This document shows positions 24,041-38,411 of a stretch of DNA of 64,000 bases, piece by piece. The stretch lies in the NCBI GenBank assembly GCA_951406725.2, contig OX597825.1, forward strand, positions 49,228,001-49,292,000. Reading direction: 5' to 3'. Both the position numbers and the translations under genes were made by a program. Below the pieces are notes generated by a model. The model saw only the letters and a list, made by a program, of their open reading frames with translations, was not told the DNA's origin and searched no databases. Numbering within the stretch: the first letter of the stretch is position 1; each line of letters opens with the position of its first letter. The DNA is from Octopus vulgaris. Its lineage: Eukaryota.

Positions 24041-25149
24041 GACAAAAAGCAGCGCAGCATAAATTCTTTTTTGAACATTAACATTCTGAAATTCATAAAC
24101 ATGTCACGTCTGTTAATATATTATATCACTTTTAACTATTTAAATATAATATTTATAATATATTACTTAGACCAGTCCAGATATTATTGAACAGGCTTCT
24201 AGTCCTGCACAATCCAACTCCAAACTTTATACATCTATGTATATTTTATGTAATTCGTTCCTGGTTTTAAAATGGTCGACTGGGATATCATAGCAACACG
24301 CCCTCTCCGAAATGTAAAATTTTCACCGAAGGATTCGTATAATAAACTTTTCGTCGAAGGATTTGTATAATAAAAGAAATCGGAAAAATATTGAAAATAT
24401 ACGAGAAGTCCATTGTTCATAAATACTTGACAAATTCCTTTGAGATACAAAAAAGAAACATCGTTTAGTTTTAAAGCTCCTTTGATGATGGAACGACTTA
24501 TGATAAAGCACAATTATATAAATAAAATGTAAGTTTATATACTAAAATTTCTTCAGTTTGAATTTAAGAGTTAATATTTGAAGCCATATTATTCCTCAAA
24601 TTGTTTATTCTTTTTTTTTTCTTGCAGGAAATATTAATTTCCACGAAAAGTGTAGATGTTAGCTAGGTATTTACAATGAAAGAATGTGCGTGGTTTCTAA
24701 TAAATGAAAAGATCTGTTATAGACATCGAGTATAGATAAAGAACTGTAATAAGGAAAATAATTCCTACGCGATCGATATATATTCAGATACGCTGTCTTA
24801 TTTTGTATTTTCGTTTTTAGGCCACCAACAATAGTTGAATAGATTGTCGTCATGGTTATGTTTTGATATTTCCTTGCTGTGCACTGTGACCCGCATGGAG
24901 AATAGGAAATGTTTTCTAATAAATATACTCTTATTGAATATGTGATTACAATTGGAGAAATTTCTTTATAAAATACTTTAAAAAATCTACACCAATATAT
25001 TTCTTGTTCTCTCTATAACAACAACAATAATATACAAACATATATGAGTTTGTATGTGTGTGTGTGTGTGTGTGTGTGTTTGTGCGCGTACGAATGCGCA
25101 GCGTGGGTAAACCTGTGATTATGCTACTGTCTATATGTGTGGCTACATA

Positions 25150-25545
25150 GGCGCAGAAGTGGGTGTGTGGTAACATGTCTGATTCCTAAATGCGTGGTTC
25201 CGATTTCAGTATCAATACGTAGCACCTTAGGCGAGTGTCTTCTATAACAGACAATAGATTTCGGTCTTATCAATGGATTTGGTAGCCGAAAACTGAAAGA
25301 AGCCCGTCGTATTTATATATATACCGATATAAACATATAAATATGTGTGTGTCGCTTCGTGTCTGTGTTTGTCCCTCACCACCGCTTCACGACTGGTGTT
25401 TGCTTGTTTACTTACCCGTAACTTAGAGGTTTGGCAAAAGTGAATGATAGAATAAAGTATCGATTAATTCTACTAAAAACTCTTCAAGGCCGTGCTCCAG
25501 CATGGCTTCGGTATAATCATTGAAACAAGGAAAAGATATTAAATA
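25150..25545 (+). mobile_element. tRNA-derived SINE (family of 32747-33232 and 54715-55106)
   Basis: ggcgcagaagtgggtgtgtggtaa head; ggatttggtagccgaaaactgaaagaagcccgtcgta body; tail gctccagcatggc...tgaaacaag. Confidence 0.75.
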
Positions 25546-27119
25546 TATAAATACATACAATCATGCATTCATACATGCTAATATGCACATATCTATAATA
25601 CACACACACATACACACACACACACACATACAACACACGCACACACAAACACACACACAACACACGCACACATATGTTTGTATGTATGTATATACGTGTA
25701 CACGTCTATGTATATAGAATTGCCAACCTGCACGTCTGAGTTGCACAAGTAGTGGATGCAGTATGTCTGAAGACACTGAATGATCAAAAATTTTTGCTTT
25801 CATATTTTCTCAAAATTTAAATCAGGTTCCTATCTGTCATCTTGTCACACACTCACTCACTCACTCACTCGTTCACTCCCCCCTCCCCCCTCTCTCTCTC
25901 TCCTTGTTCGCGCATATGTATTTGTTCGTACATGTGAGCATCAATCTACATATTCACATACATGTAACATAAACTGACGGGGATCTGTTTGCACAAACTG
26001 AAGGTTAAGAACATATGTGACAAGAAAATATAAATTCATCTTTACTTAACTTCATAAACGTCAGGATTTACTGTAAAAGTTGTTGCATAAACAACAAAGA
26101 AAGAAAGCATTTTACTTTGCTCCAAATAAGCATAATTTAATACATCTAGCATTTAATACACATACATACATATACACTGTGTCCCACAAACACACACACA
26201 CACACACATACAAACATGCATTCATACACACACATTATTTACGTACATATAAGAAGGTATATAAAGTGAAAGAGAGAGAGGAAACAGTTTGATGAATGGA
26301 ATGAAACAAGCTACTGTAAACACTTGAATGAATACATACACACATACACGCCTACATACATACATACATACATACATACATACATACTCAAATACATGCA
26401 TACTGAAACTCGATGCATTCAAGCACAACTATACGTTGATTTTAAGATAAATATTTATCTCAAGCAGTAATGACACAAGTATCAGCATTGTTAGATAACT
26501 GATATTCTGATTACATTCTGTGAAGAAACCTTCTGTTCAAGATATTAGTGATATTCTTCATCAACTTGTATTCATTATTTATAAATGAGCTACAAGTATT
26601 GAATGGGCCATCAGCACTAAAACCATACAAGATGAAACGAACACAATCGGTAAAAGGAAACAGAATCTTACTTGTACCAGAAATGAAACCTATCAATAGC
26701 ATTTTCTTGGAGTTATGTGCTCAATGAAGACATTTAAATCGCGAAAAGTTCGAAAAGAAAAAGCTATTTGGCTAAATAAATGCATTGAAAATATATAGGA
26801 AAGACCTTCACCCCGGAGAAAGGAAAATAATACAAGAAAGCAATTACATATTTGTTGCAGGCAACACAGGAGTTAATGATTATTCATTCACTTTTATACA
26901 TAGATGTAACTGAAAATATTCATAGATGCCGCACGCACACCTCATTGTAGAGTAAATTTCACACTTATCTCTACTGTATTAACACGCAACAAGAAGCAGA
27001 TAGTGACTTAAGCATCAGTAACCTCTAGTGTACTACGAGAGCGGAAAATGTAAATAAATTAAATGTTTCCTTATTCTTACAATGGGTTCAAACAATTACT
27101 GCCTTTAAATTCCGTAACG

Positions 27120-27186
<67 letters not shown>

Positions 27187-27533
27187 CACATTATTCAAAA
27201 CAGTTTGATTCAGTTCCATGTGACTTGAGATTTCCGAAGGTCTCTAGCAGAAGCCTGTTTCTTCCAGGCTTTACAATAACAAACGTAGTAGGAGTGACTG
27301 AACGTCAGGGTTGCTATATGCAGGCAAACTGTTGTGAGAAGTTTTACTCTTAAGTCACTGTGTCAATTTTTCTCCAAAATAATATTTGCATTAGCAATTT
27401 CTCACACACATACATGTATACACACACGCTCACACATAAGCACACACACACAAAACATACACAAATACACACGTTCACATTATATCTATCTATTTATCTG
27501 TCTGTCTGCATACCCACCTGTCTGTTTTCTATG

Positions 27534-27656
<123 letters not shown>

Positions 27657-27689
27657 ATCTATCTATGTATCTATCTATCTACCAACTGT

Positions 27690-29662
27690 TACCAACTAGC
27701 ACCAATACCATCAACAAATTCAACATTAAGACACTCAGAAATAGACTCCAATACCCTCCTCTCCCACTTTCTGCGTCCTTCGACATGCCATCCGATGAAA
27801 GCGACACGGAGGAAAGGCAAGGGTCACAGTGGGGAGGAGAAAATGGGAGAAAAAAGAATAGGGAAGCAAACAAACAAAGCGGGGAGATTTACCACTTTCG
27901 AAACCAAAACATCTGCACAAAACACAAACGTTAACACAAACACAGAAACACATAAGGAATCCACAATGTTGACAGCAATAAACACAAACAATTCAGACTT
28001 GATGCAATACATTAGGGCAAACACCAACATAACACAAGTCAATGTCAAAACAAACAATCACCCACGCACAACACCACCACGACACGCAAAATTCCTACAC
28101 GTGACGCAAAACATACACAATACACTGATATCTCTCTACCCTAATGCAGTAAGGAGATTTCAAAAATACTTATGAAAAAAAAATGTACAAAAATCTCCTA
28201 ACAGAAATTTGTGAGGAGGAGATCAAACAACTTTCCATCAGTAAGTGACTCTCTCTCTCTCTCTCTCCCTCTAATTATTTTCCTTTTCCTTTCGTGAGCA
28301 AAACACAACTTTCGATAGGAACTTGCATAGAATAGGTTGTATAAATGTGCGTGGCTTGGGGTCATATTGGAAACAAGGCTACCTTTTAACTGACATCAAG
28401 TTACTGAATGTGGATATCATACTCATCAGTGAGACCAGTCTCCACAACCCACAGACCTTCAAGCATATGTTTGGCAGACAATTCTCTCTGTCTCCGGAAG
28501 AGGCTGGAACTCAAAGTAAGAACGATATTCCTAGACTCGGAGGGTAGGCTAGTCGTCTTGGATGTTGATGGCAGTAATTGGTGTGCTTCTCGGCTGATAA
28601 CAGTTTATGCACCGTCCTTAATGAGTCGGCCGGATTTCTTTCGGCGTCTAGAGGTTTTTCTGGGAACGTCTCGACCTTTACTTTTAGTGGAGTATTGGAA
28701 CGCTACCTTGGACACGCATCTAGACTATGTGGGTAGAGATAGGAATGGGAGGGGATGTAATGCCTCAAAGACCGGCTCAGACATTACCAACTGTCCAACA
28801 GGTACCGACTAGACCACTCGAATGTGCCAAAGTGGAGATGTATCAACCGAATCGGGTCGTCCAGATCGTATTTATAGAGAGTATTCTGTAGGACAGTGGA
28901 TAGGGATAGGGTAGGTTGTCCACAATTTCATATAGTCAGCTACACAGATGACAAATTTGTTACTTGTACGCTTGACTTAGATAAGAATCATAGGCAGGAT
29001 CCCGGTTACTGGAAACTGAACGTGTCGTTCACGTTGCGACAGTCTTACAGATACCGTGTTAGCACGTTAGTTAAGATGATGTTGACGGAAGCCATCGTCA
29101 ACAATAACTGGTGGTATACTCTAAAGAGAATAATTAAAGCAAAATCCATAAGGTATAGATCGCAATTGAACAGAGGGAGACCTAGTTACGAAATTAGGAG
29201 AGGCACATATAAGTGGCATCACGTCGAACGTGCTGGCGGCGAGGTTGGCCCTTGACCAACACTTCAACACCAAACACAGAGCATGCCTTGTCAGAGCTAG
29301 TATGCGTACTCTGAGAAACGAGGGAATTGGAGCCGCCCGAGAGGCCAGAGTGAATCGCAACGAGGCAAAAAAGCTACCATTAGGTCTCTGACAGATGAGC
29401 AGGCACGTGAATTACCCGAAAGGATGTGTGAGGCCTTTCAACAGCAACTTGCCCGACTGTTCGGGAAAACTGATGGATCAGAACGCAGAGTAGACTTTAG
29501 TGCCTACCTGCATAGCCTGCCACGACTCACGGCAAGAGAAGAGGAGTGTTGGAACAGAACTGTCACAGTCGCGGATGTACGGAATACGATGCTACGTTAC
29601 GCAGGAGACAAGTCGCCGGATTGGATGGTCTGCCCTACGAGCTTTATTGTCATATGCCAGAC
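27690..29662 (+). mobile_element. L1/Tx1-like LINE (copy C): ORF1 tail, APE endonuclease and start of RT
   Basis: IGCINVRGLG...IILISET; LITVYAPS; YWNATLD; SYTDDKFV; PGYWKLN; DKSP/GLDGLPYELYCHMPD, truncated at the CAT tract. Confidence 0.82.
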
Positions 29663-29695
29663 ATCATCATCATCATCACCACCACCACCACCACA

Positions 29696-29745
<50 letters not shown>

Positions 29746-29768
29746 TATCATTATCGTCATCATCATCG

Positions 29769-29801
<33 letters not shown>

Positions 29802-31512
29802 ATTAACGTCCGTTTTCTATGCTGGCACAGTTTGGATGGTTTGACTGGGAATTGGCAAGCCAGTAGGCTGCACCAGGCTCCAGTGTGATCTGGCAAAGTT
29901 TCTACAGCTGGATGCCCTTCCTAACACCAACCATTCTGACATTGAAGTGGGCGCTTTTTATGTGCCACTGTCACGGAAGACCGTCAGGCGGCATAAGCAT
30001 TGACCACGTTTGAATGATGCTTTTTACGTGCCACCGACACTGGAGCCAGTCCCCAGGGGTCTGTCATCGACCACGTTCGGATGGTGCTTTTTACGTGCTA
30101 CCGGCACGGGGAGCCAATCAAGTTGCACTGGCATCGACCCAAGCTTGAATGGTGCTTATTACGTGCCACCAGCACGGGTGCCAGTCAGGCGGCACTGGCA
30201 TCGGCGACAATTACAATTTCCATTTTGATTTCTATCTTGATTTGATTTTGATTTTACTTGATTCAAAATGTCTTCTCAAGCGCAGCGCATCCCCAATGAT
30301 TCAATGGTACATTTAAATGGGTTGGCTATGTGACACTGGTATAGGCGACGGCTGTGATTTCACTTTACTTAGCTGGTCTTTTCAATCACAGCATATCTCC
30401 AAAGGTCTCGGTCCCTTCTCATTACCTCTGTGAGGTTCGAAGGTCGTTCCTCACCACCTCATCCCATGTCTTCCTGGGTCACCCTCTTCCACGAGTTCCA
30501 TCCACTGTTAGGGTGTGACTGACTTCACACAGCTCTCTTCATCCATACGCAGCACATGCTCGTCGTCTCTCTTGTACACCACATATCATACTTCCTATGT
30601 CAAACATTTTTCTCAGGGTACTTACACTCTGTTGTGTGTACACACTGATATTACACATCCTAGCTTCATTTCTTTCAAGTCCATGTATCTCCTCAACAGT
30701 CATGGCCTATGTTTCACTGCCGTGTAGCATGGCTGTTCGCATACAGTCTACCTTTCCCTCTAAGCGAGAGGCCCCTTGTTACTAGAAAAGGTAGGAGCTT
30801 TCTGAACTTTACCAAGGCTATTTATATTCTAGTGGCAACGCGCTGCGAGCATCTGTCCTCACAACTGATTTGGTCACCTATGTAGCGGAAGCTTTAAACT
30901 ATTTCTAATTTCTCATGCTGGTATGTGATGGAATCTATTTTCAGAACATCTTCGGTATTTATTGCCCCTGTGCATTTGCACACACAAAAAAATATCATCA
31001 CGGTTAACCTTCCTTTGATATTGCTGCACCTCTTATATGTCCATAGCTTATACTGGGTACAACCTTTGGAGTTTCTACCTACATATTTTCTACAGATCGA
31101 GCAGGGCCATCTACCCGAAGGGGTTTGTGATTTGTCCTCCTTCCTACTTAGGACTTTTTGCTACATTGACTCTGAGGCTCTTCGTTTCTAGACCTTGCTT
31201 CCACACCTCAAATTTCTTCTCTATTTCTGGTAGTGATTCAGCTATAAGAGCAAGGTCATCAGCATAGAGGAGCTCCCAGGGGCAGCCTGTCTTGGATTCC
31301 TCTGTTATTGCCCAGCGGACTATGATGAATAAGAGGGGGCTGAGGACTGCTCCTTGGTGAAGCCTACCTATACCGGGAATTCTTCACTATACTCGTTGCC
31401 GACCCTCACCTTACTTACATCATCCCTGTACAGGGCCTGTACAATTCTTACTAACCATTCGTCTATCACTTGTTTCCGCATTACCCACCAGATAAGTGAT
31501 CGTGGGACCCTT
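29663..31512 (-). mobile_element. RTE-clade LINE, 5'-truncated, with repeat-containing 3' UTR and (GAT)n tail
   Basis: Minus strand: QGAVLSPLLFII, GCPWELLYADDLALIAES, FRYIGDQ and C-terminal VDGTRGRG*PRKTWDEVVRNDL. 3' UTR ends ...acggacgttaattgatgatgat. Confidence 0.85.
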
Positions 31513-32090
31513 TATCAACCGAGACAATCCCAACAGATTGTTCAAGTACTCCAATTCTGTGCATGTACATATATTTACTATGGCTTCTGCCAATCTTTTG
31601 ATGTGCCATTTATCATTAATAATATCATTGACGACACGGGTATGATAGTGTAATTATAAATGTATACATATGTACATGCCTACATTTCCACACAACTATC
31701 TAAACGTAAAAATAATCTAAAAGAGCCTTTGACAAACGGAAGAAGTGAAAGTAAATGAAGCGATTAACGTGTTTTAGTGTGCGTAATTACATCCCATAGT
31801 GTTTTGGCTTTTGTTTCAATAAAACATTGGAGTTTATAAAGTAATGAACTAATTCTAAGAGCAGTGGACATTTTCTACACGCTACGGTGTACTAGAATGA
31901 TAATAGATAAGTGAACAGGCTCCATTTGATCGCCAAACGCAACACTGACATCAGTACCAAGAACGATGTAGTCTATGCGTTATTGCTACAGCATAGTGGT
32001 GTTACTAGTCAGTCTCGGGAAGCTATCTACAGTCATACACTGTCAGAAGAGAAATATTTTATATATGACAGAATACATATTTAACTAAAA

Positions 32091-32329
32091 CTAACTATCA
32101 ACATTATATATTTGGCAAAACATGCAAGCACATCCCGTATATTCCTTTCGGCTATGATTACTTTTGAATAAAGGGGTTGATGTTGGCTCTATTTTAGAAG
32201 TGGAGTGTCTTGGTCCTGAAGACAATTCGATGTCTCTGTCAGTGTGCAAACTGTTGAATTCTCGGCTGAATGTTGGCGGTTGCTCACTACACAAAACACT
32301 GGGAAATTCGTTCTCCCAGTACACAGAAG
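32091..32329 (-). CDS. Possible terminal coding exon of an unidentified host gene
   Basis: Acceptor ttttcaaattattgcag| followed by an open, non-repetitive frame (phase 1) SVYWENEFPSVLCSEQPPTFSREFNSLHTDRDIELSSGPRHSTSKIEPTSTPLFKSNHSRKEYTGCACMFCQIYNVDS*. No family recognised. Confidence 0.3.
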
Positions 32330-32746
32330 CTGCAATAATTTGAAAATGCTGTTAATCGATAATCTTATACAATCTTTATACTACATTAGAGAATGTAGTG
32401 ATATCTCCATGGTGTAACTGTTATCACACTTGATTACGGGGGAAGAAGTTTTTGATTGGCTGAAATTTATTACGGAAGAAATTGTCAGGAATTTATATAG
32501 GTATTGTATAGTTAACTTTTGAATCATATTTACTGCCTGTATATAAATATATGAGCACACTTACACGTAGACTCACATATAACCATATAGGTTTGGTGGA
32601 ACAAATTGGGAAAATAGAACACAATATTCAAGAGTAAATATATCTATATATCTTCATATTTCGTTAAGCAGTTTTACAGCTATCACATATCTAGCTAGCA
32701 GTCTGTCTGCTTCTTTATCTGCGTATGTATATATATAATTTATATA

Positions 32747-32904
32747 CAGGTGTAGCTGTGTGGTAAGTATCTTGCTTCCCAACGACATTGTTCCGGGTTC
32801 AGTCCCACTGCGTGGCATCTTGGACAAGTATCTTTTGCTGTAGCATCACACCGACCAAATCCTTGTGAGTGGATTTGGTAGATGGGAACTGAAAGAAGCC
32901 CGCC

Positions 32905-32950
<46 letters not shown>

Positions 32951-32955
32951 GTATT

Positions 32956-33008
<53 letters not shown>

Positions 33009-33232
33009 TTATATATATATATTATATATATATATATGTATGTGTGTATGTATATGCTTCTGTGTTTTTGTTTGTATCCCCATTATCACTTGGCAACCGA
33101 TGCTGGTGTGTTTACGTCAAAAGCGACCGATAGAATAAGTACTAGGGTTACATGGAATAAGTTCTGGGGTCGATTTGTTCGACTAAGGCGGTAATCCAGT
33201 CAAATGACTGAAACAAATAAAATAATAAAAGA
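32747..33232 (+). mobile_element. tRNA-derived SINE with internal TA microsatellite
   Basis: A box TAGCTGTGTGG, B box GGTTCAGTCCC; body and tail match 54715-55106. Confidence 0.8.
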
Positions 33233-33365
33233 ATATAAACACACACTCACTCACACACACATGTATGCATGTATGTATGTATGTATGTATATATACCATT
33301 AATGATAAGGAGAATGGAGATTTTCACATCGCTAATTTATTTTGGTTATTTACAGCATATTCTCA

Positions 33366-33451
33366 TGATCTACAGGTGTTTCTACTGCGGCGACCGTACA
33401 CTGTTACAGATGCAAACTTCCAATATTGTTAGTGCAGTTTCATCTGGGTTG
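33366..33451 (-). ncRNA. Degenerate type I hammerhead ribozyme
   Basis: Minus strand: CAGAUGA (one change from CUGAUGA), stem II ACUGC/GCAGU, GAAA, ACACCUGU (one change from palindrome ACAGCUGU), GUA triplet; stem I eroded. Confidence 0.45.
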
Positions 33452-33994
33452 GGACTTTAGTTCCGCTTCGAATTCAACTGAATGAAGAAAGTGTTTGTAG
33501 TTTAGTGTCTAGTAGAAAGTAGGACTGTTGCTATTAGTAGGAACTTGAGCTAGAGTTTTCCCCTGCTGTAGTTGTAGGGAAAGCATTGTATTAAATAGAT
33601 CAAGGCTGGAGTGTTTGACTTTGCTGTTTTCTTAATATTTCCTAATAGTACTACCTGTTGTATTCAGACCTATACAGGCAAAAATGTAATTCTTTCGCAA
33701 ATAGATTGCACCCTATTTCCGCAGTTCCAGTGAAGCTATAAGATGTTATTCAAGCACGCAGTTAATAGCAGAAACAGCTGCATGCTAATGAAGTTCATCA
33801 GATATTTTTATATTCTTTTCTCATCTTTCTTTCTTATTAGCACTCCATACTCAAGTAATTCTTCATTCTGAAACACACGCATATTGAGTTCTACACATGG
33901 TTATTAATCTTGAAACACCTGAGGGAAATGCTAAATTACATACATATATACATAGAGAGGGAGAGTGATAGATAGAGATATGTTTATATATACG

Positions 33995-34034
<40 letters not shown>

Positions 34035-36609
34035 TAGATATATATCTACATATATGTTTATATACGTATATATATGTATACATATCTATCTATCTGTATG
34101 TATATATATAGTATAGCCTACGCAAATACAAGTGTATAATTATAATAATGAATACATATGTACTCAATAATCAGCTACATGCATTCAACATTTTAGGAGC
34201 TGGTTATTAATGATGTTAAAACTGATGGGGGGTCTGTTTATTGAGAAAGAGACCGTTTTGACAAATATAATCACTGAATCCAGTGATGCTGTTAGTAATA
34301 TTAATTAGATAATTGTCTATATTGTGTTGGTGCACCTATATTTGGTTCGTGTTTGAAATTTTACATTTTGACAGGCGGTAAATGGTTGGTCTTCTCATCA
34401 TAGGGATATTTCAGCCTGTAACAATTTCTAATTATCCCCTAAGCTTAGTGGAAAACCACGGTGGAGTACTGCTTTCACATCTGCAGGTAAACACAAATAT
34501 ACTGTAGACAGCACCCATAGAAACACCTCTTGTTTCAGTGATATGAAATTGGTGTCCAATATGCATTGGTCTTCAATTGTTGCATATTACCCCTCTGTCT
34601 TTTCTACTGCTCCTCAGTAGTCTTTCCTTGTCACATTTGGGTGCACACATTCAAGCTCCAAACAACGGACCTTAGCTCGGGTATTTCACTTATTTTCCAA
34701 ACAACAATATGTTGAACACTTTACTAATCTAAAAGCATTTGGTCTCCGCTGTACCTTCACAGATCGTCATCTACTAGATTATAATCTTTCTTCATGAGGT
34801 ATAACAACAATCGACTTAGAGCTGTTTAAAGTAGAATTTTAGCAGCATTTATATTACCTCTGTCGCAAGGAGATTTCAATGTCTATGGAGCTTTCTCATC
34901 CTTGTCATACCAAACCATTCAAGCAAAATACGGGAAAATAACACCAGGAACAAAGCGAAAAAAGGAAAATGGATGTTTGCAAAATCTATTTTCCGTTTTC
35001 CGTTCGTTTAAACTTTTTAAAATTGGTGCAATTCATTGAATCTTCGTTCGTCTCAATAACCTCTTTTCAAATGAATGCTTATGTTTGATTCATTTTATTG
35101 GAGAGGTTAATTGTAAAGAAATGATCAGATAGCTGCACGATACAAATCTGTTAGTTGTTTGATCAAATATTTAACCAGTGCTAAGAATAGATTGATTAGA
35201 CACACAATCTTGAAATGGATCAGCCGAAACTACTAGTTGTGACATTGTGTTAACTGACATCGAAGAATATAAAGTTATTCAAAATCTATGTAAAGCGGAA
35301 TACAATTTGAGATGTAAATAATGTTTGAAGTCATGTGTTTCGTTTGTACAGGACGCGTTTGTGGTTATAATGTCGTGAATTATGATTATGATAAAATGTT
35401 ATTTTAGAAAGAGCAATCCTCTAACCAATAGTGTTTGAGATATCGTACGTAAATTAGGGATGCACTTCAACTAGATAGTTAATATATTCATATAAATCTC
35501 TTTCAGAACTTCTCAAAAGAAGCGTTAGATTTATAAGTTCTTATGTTATTTGAAAATATTAATTAACATGTCGTAATTTATCTTACAAGATAGTTCAATC
35601 AGCCAACATGTACCAACTGCTGATTATCGTATCTTTTTTTAAAGATCAACCATATTTCTTGAAAACTACATGCATGTAATTAACAACAACACTGTAGAAT
35701 GGTCAATACGTGTGATTAACGAAGCATATTTTATCAATGATATTCAGCATTATAAAGAAAATAAATATCTGACCCATATATTTATTTACAGATCTGTAAA
35801 CTGAATTCTTTTGCGGTGGAAGAAGTATAGTCAATGTAATTTGACGTTCTCAGGGACAGCTTATCAACATATATGTCCTTTACTCCCTGTCATTCTAACA
35901 AAAAATAACACTCCACTAGCAGGAAGAGAATTCATAAAAGTGTAGACGTACTTACAGAGCTGTGAAAATATTGATAACCCAACATTCAGAAGACACTTTA
36001 TTATTTTTTTTTCTTCAGTGACAAATTGGTTATAGGCAACGTTATTATGATGTTGTCAGTGGTTTTTTAAGTTAACGAGAGTAGTTTCAAGATGTTCAAC
36101 ATCAATCTTGAGAAGCGCTAAATTCCTTTTCTAATTTTAGCTAACATAAGTTTTTTTTCTTGTGCGTTTTTTTAAAATTTCAACGTCAAAATATTTTCGT
36201 CTTTGAAAAATCAATACCATTAAATTTAGATTTAAGGGAGTAAAATGCAGGTGATGATATTGTAGGGTCGGTTCTCTTGGTAGAAGATATAGAATACTCG
36301 TATATGTATAGATATCATAACAAGACTACCAAAAGTAACTGATTGCAACAGTATATCTTGGAAAATATAAGCAATAATGAAAAATGTTGATAAGTAATTA
36401 TCTGGAAAGAAATGTCCTTTGTCTTCTTCATAGGAGACATCCAAAATGATAAGTACAAAAATTTAATCTGATAGAATGAAAATATAAGTAAAGGCGAACA
36501 GACATTTGACGAAAATAAGGAATATTCATAACGAAAATAAGAAATATTCATATATATATATACAAATGAGTCTGCAAAATATAGAATAATGCAGAATATA
36601 ATAAGCCTA

Positions 36610-36780
36610 ACCTGTTCTGAGTTCAAATTTCGCCGAGGTCGACTTTGCCTTTCATCCTTTCGAGGTCGATAAATTAAGTACCAGTTACGCACTGGTGTTG
36701 ATGCAGTCGACTTAATCCCTTTGTTTGTCCTTGTTTGCCCCCTTATGTTTAGCCCCTTGTGAGCAATAAAGAAATAAGAA
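36610..36780 (+). mobile_element. SINE with Meta-domain-like core
   Basis: B box GAGTTCAAATTT, core gccgaggtcgactttgcctttcatcctttcgaggtcgataaattaagtaccag, tail aataaagaaataagaa. Confidence 0.75.
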
Positions 36781-38258
36781 TATAATAAGCACTGACAGAT
36801 TGATGAGTATTCCAAGCTTTTAATACGTTGCTTTAAATTTCACTTCAAAATATTGACTGTGGCAGGATATATCAAAAGTTGTGTTTCAAGGTTTTAGTAA
36901 AGTGATTTACGTTCAACTGGAACAGACTCGCAACTCAAGAAAATAGCAAAGAGTTGATATATTGATGAATTACCTTTGATTTTATAATAGTGGTTAACGT
37001 TCAACTGCAAAGAATTGACTGATAGAAATCATTTCTGAGGTAATTACATGGAAAATGAGCCAGTTATTTTTGTGTGGAAATGTATTTTTAGTAAAATGCA
37101 TAGTAAAATTTGATAGAAAATTGCTGTTAGGACTGACTCTATTTCCAAAATATTTTAATACTTTTTCGATGTTATAAAATGCAAGAAAAAGCCTGCAACT
37201 GGTAAGACTAGAAATAGAATGAACCTAAGAAGCAATCGATAAATATCACAGAGCAATTCTTTTCGAGGTCATGTGTTTTAATCTTCCTACCGGTAACTGA
37301 AATATGTTCATGTTCCTGCTACAGCATCTATAAACGTTATAATATTTATCTCCATTCCTGTCTGTGTGTGCATGTGCGTATGAAAATGTGTGTATGGGTG
37401 TCTGAGTGCCTGTGTCGTTATGTATGTAAGCATGTGTGCGTATGTCTGTGCACGCGTGTTCATGTCTGGGTGAAAGTGTGTGATTTGTAGTCTTATATAT
37501 TGCTCTGTGTTGCATGTCCTGTGTGGTCATTTCTTAGAAGGATCGTCTGTTAGAAGAAATGTACACTCGCAATCTTATTCTGTTTACTTATATTTCCATG
37601 ATAACGAAAACCCACTATGAGCGAGTATTAGCCCTTTTATTTGTTTTCATATTTCTCATTATCTAAAGAGCGCAGTAAAGAGTAGGCTTAACCATGTTGG
37701 CTTGAGTCAAGGTGGTTGTATTTGGAGGCCGAAACCAACATGAACAGTGGTTGTCAGTCATTCATTTTAGTTGTTTTCATGTTGCATATGCCACTAGAAG
37801 CAAGTTTCTATTTCAACTTTCTTATCCTGACAATATTCTCTTACACTTATAATGATCTCACCCATCTTATTTGGGTATCTACTACGTATATGGGAAATTC
37901 TGTCAGTGGGTGTTTGTTTGCGGAGTTGTTAGCTAATTCCTCCTACATCGTTTTATCGATTTTAATGAAATTTGACACGTGAGTAGAACTCATGTCTGGA
38001 AACCTCATGGCATACTCATATTCTTGAAAAAAAAATCGATAATCGCGCCCCTGGAAGGGATCCTTATATATAACTAATATATTTTATTTTAACAGCCAAA
38101 GGAAATAACCCATTCATTTTCCTATATAATTTGGTGTAAACCAAATTCAGTATGCTTATTTATTAGTGTTTGAACAGTGAGAGTTATATTCGCAATTTAT
38201 CCAGTACAACACTTAAACAAGTAAATAATAAAACATTTCTATATTTAAGAGATAAGGA

Positions 38259-38356
38259 ATTATGTACATTATTTACATTACATACATTTGACGGATATGC
38301 CCACGAGCATATGGCGTAGTGGTTAAGGATTGCGAGTTCGATTCCAGGCAGTGACC

Positions 38357-38411
<55 letters not shown>

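Noticed and set aside
29950-30205. CRISPR-like repeat-spacer appearance
   Set aside because: The spacers are homologous to each other, the array sits in an RTE 3' UTR in animal DNA, and there are no cas genes.
32747-32830. tRNA genes at SINE heads (also 25150, 38312, 55106)
   Set aside because: A/B boxes are present but there is no complete cloverleaf, and each continues into a SINE body.
34375-34486. Plus-strand exon candidate (ttttgacag| ... |gtaaac)
   Set aside because: Stops in all three frames and no supporting neighbouring exons.
36232-36444. Hydrophobic 70-aa ORF as a membrane-protein exon
   Set aside because: An in-frame stop lies right after the nearest acceptor, and the composition is explained by AT richness.
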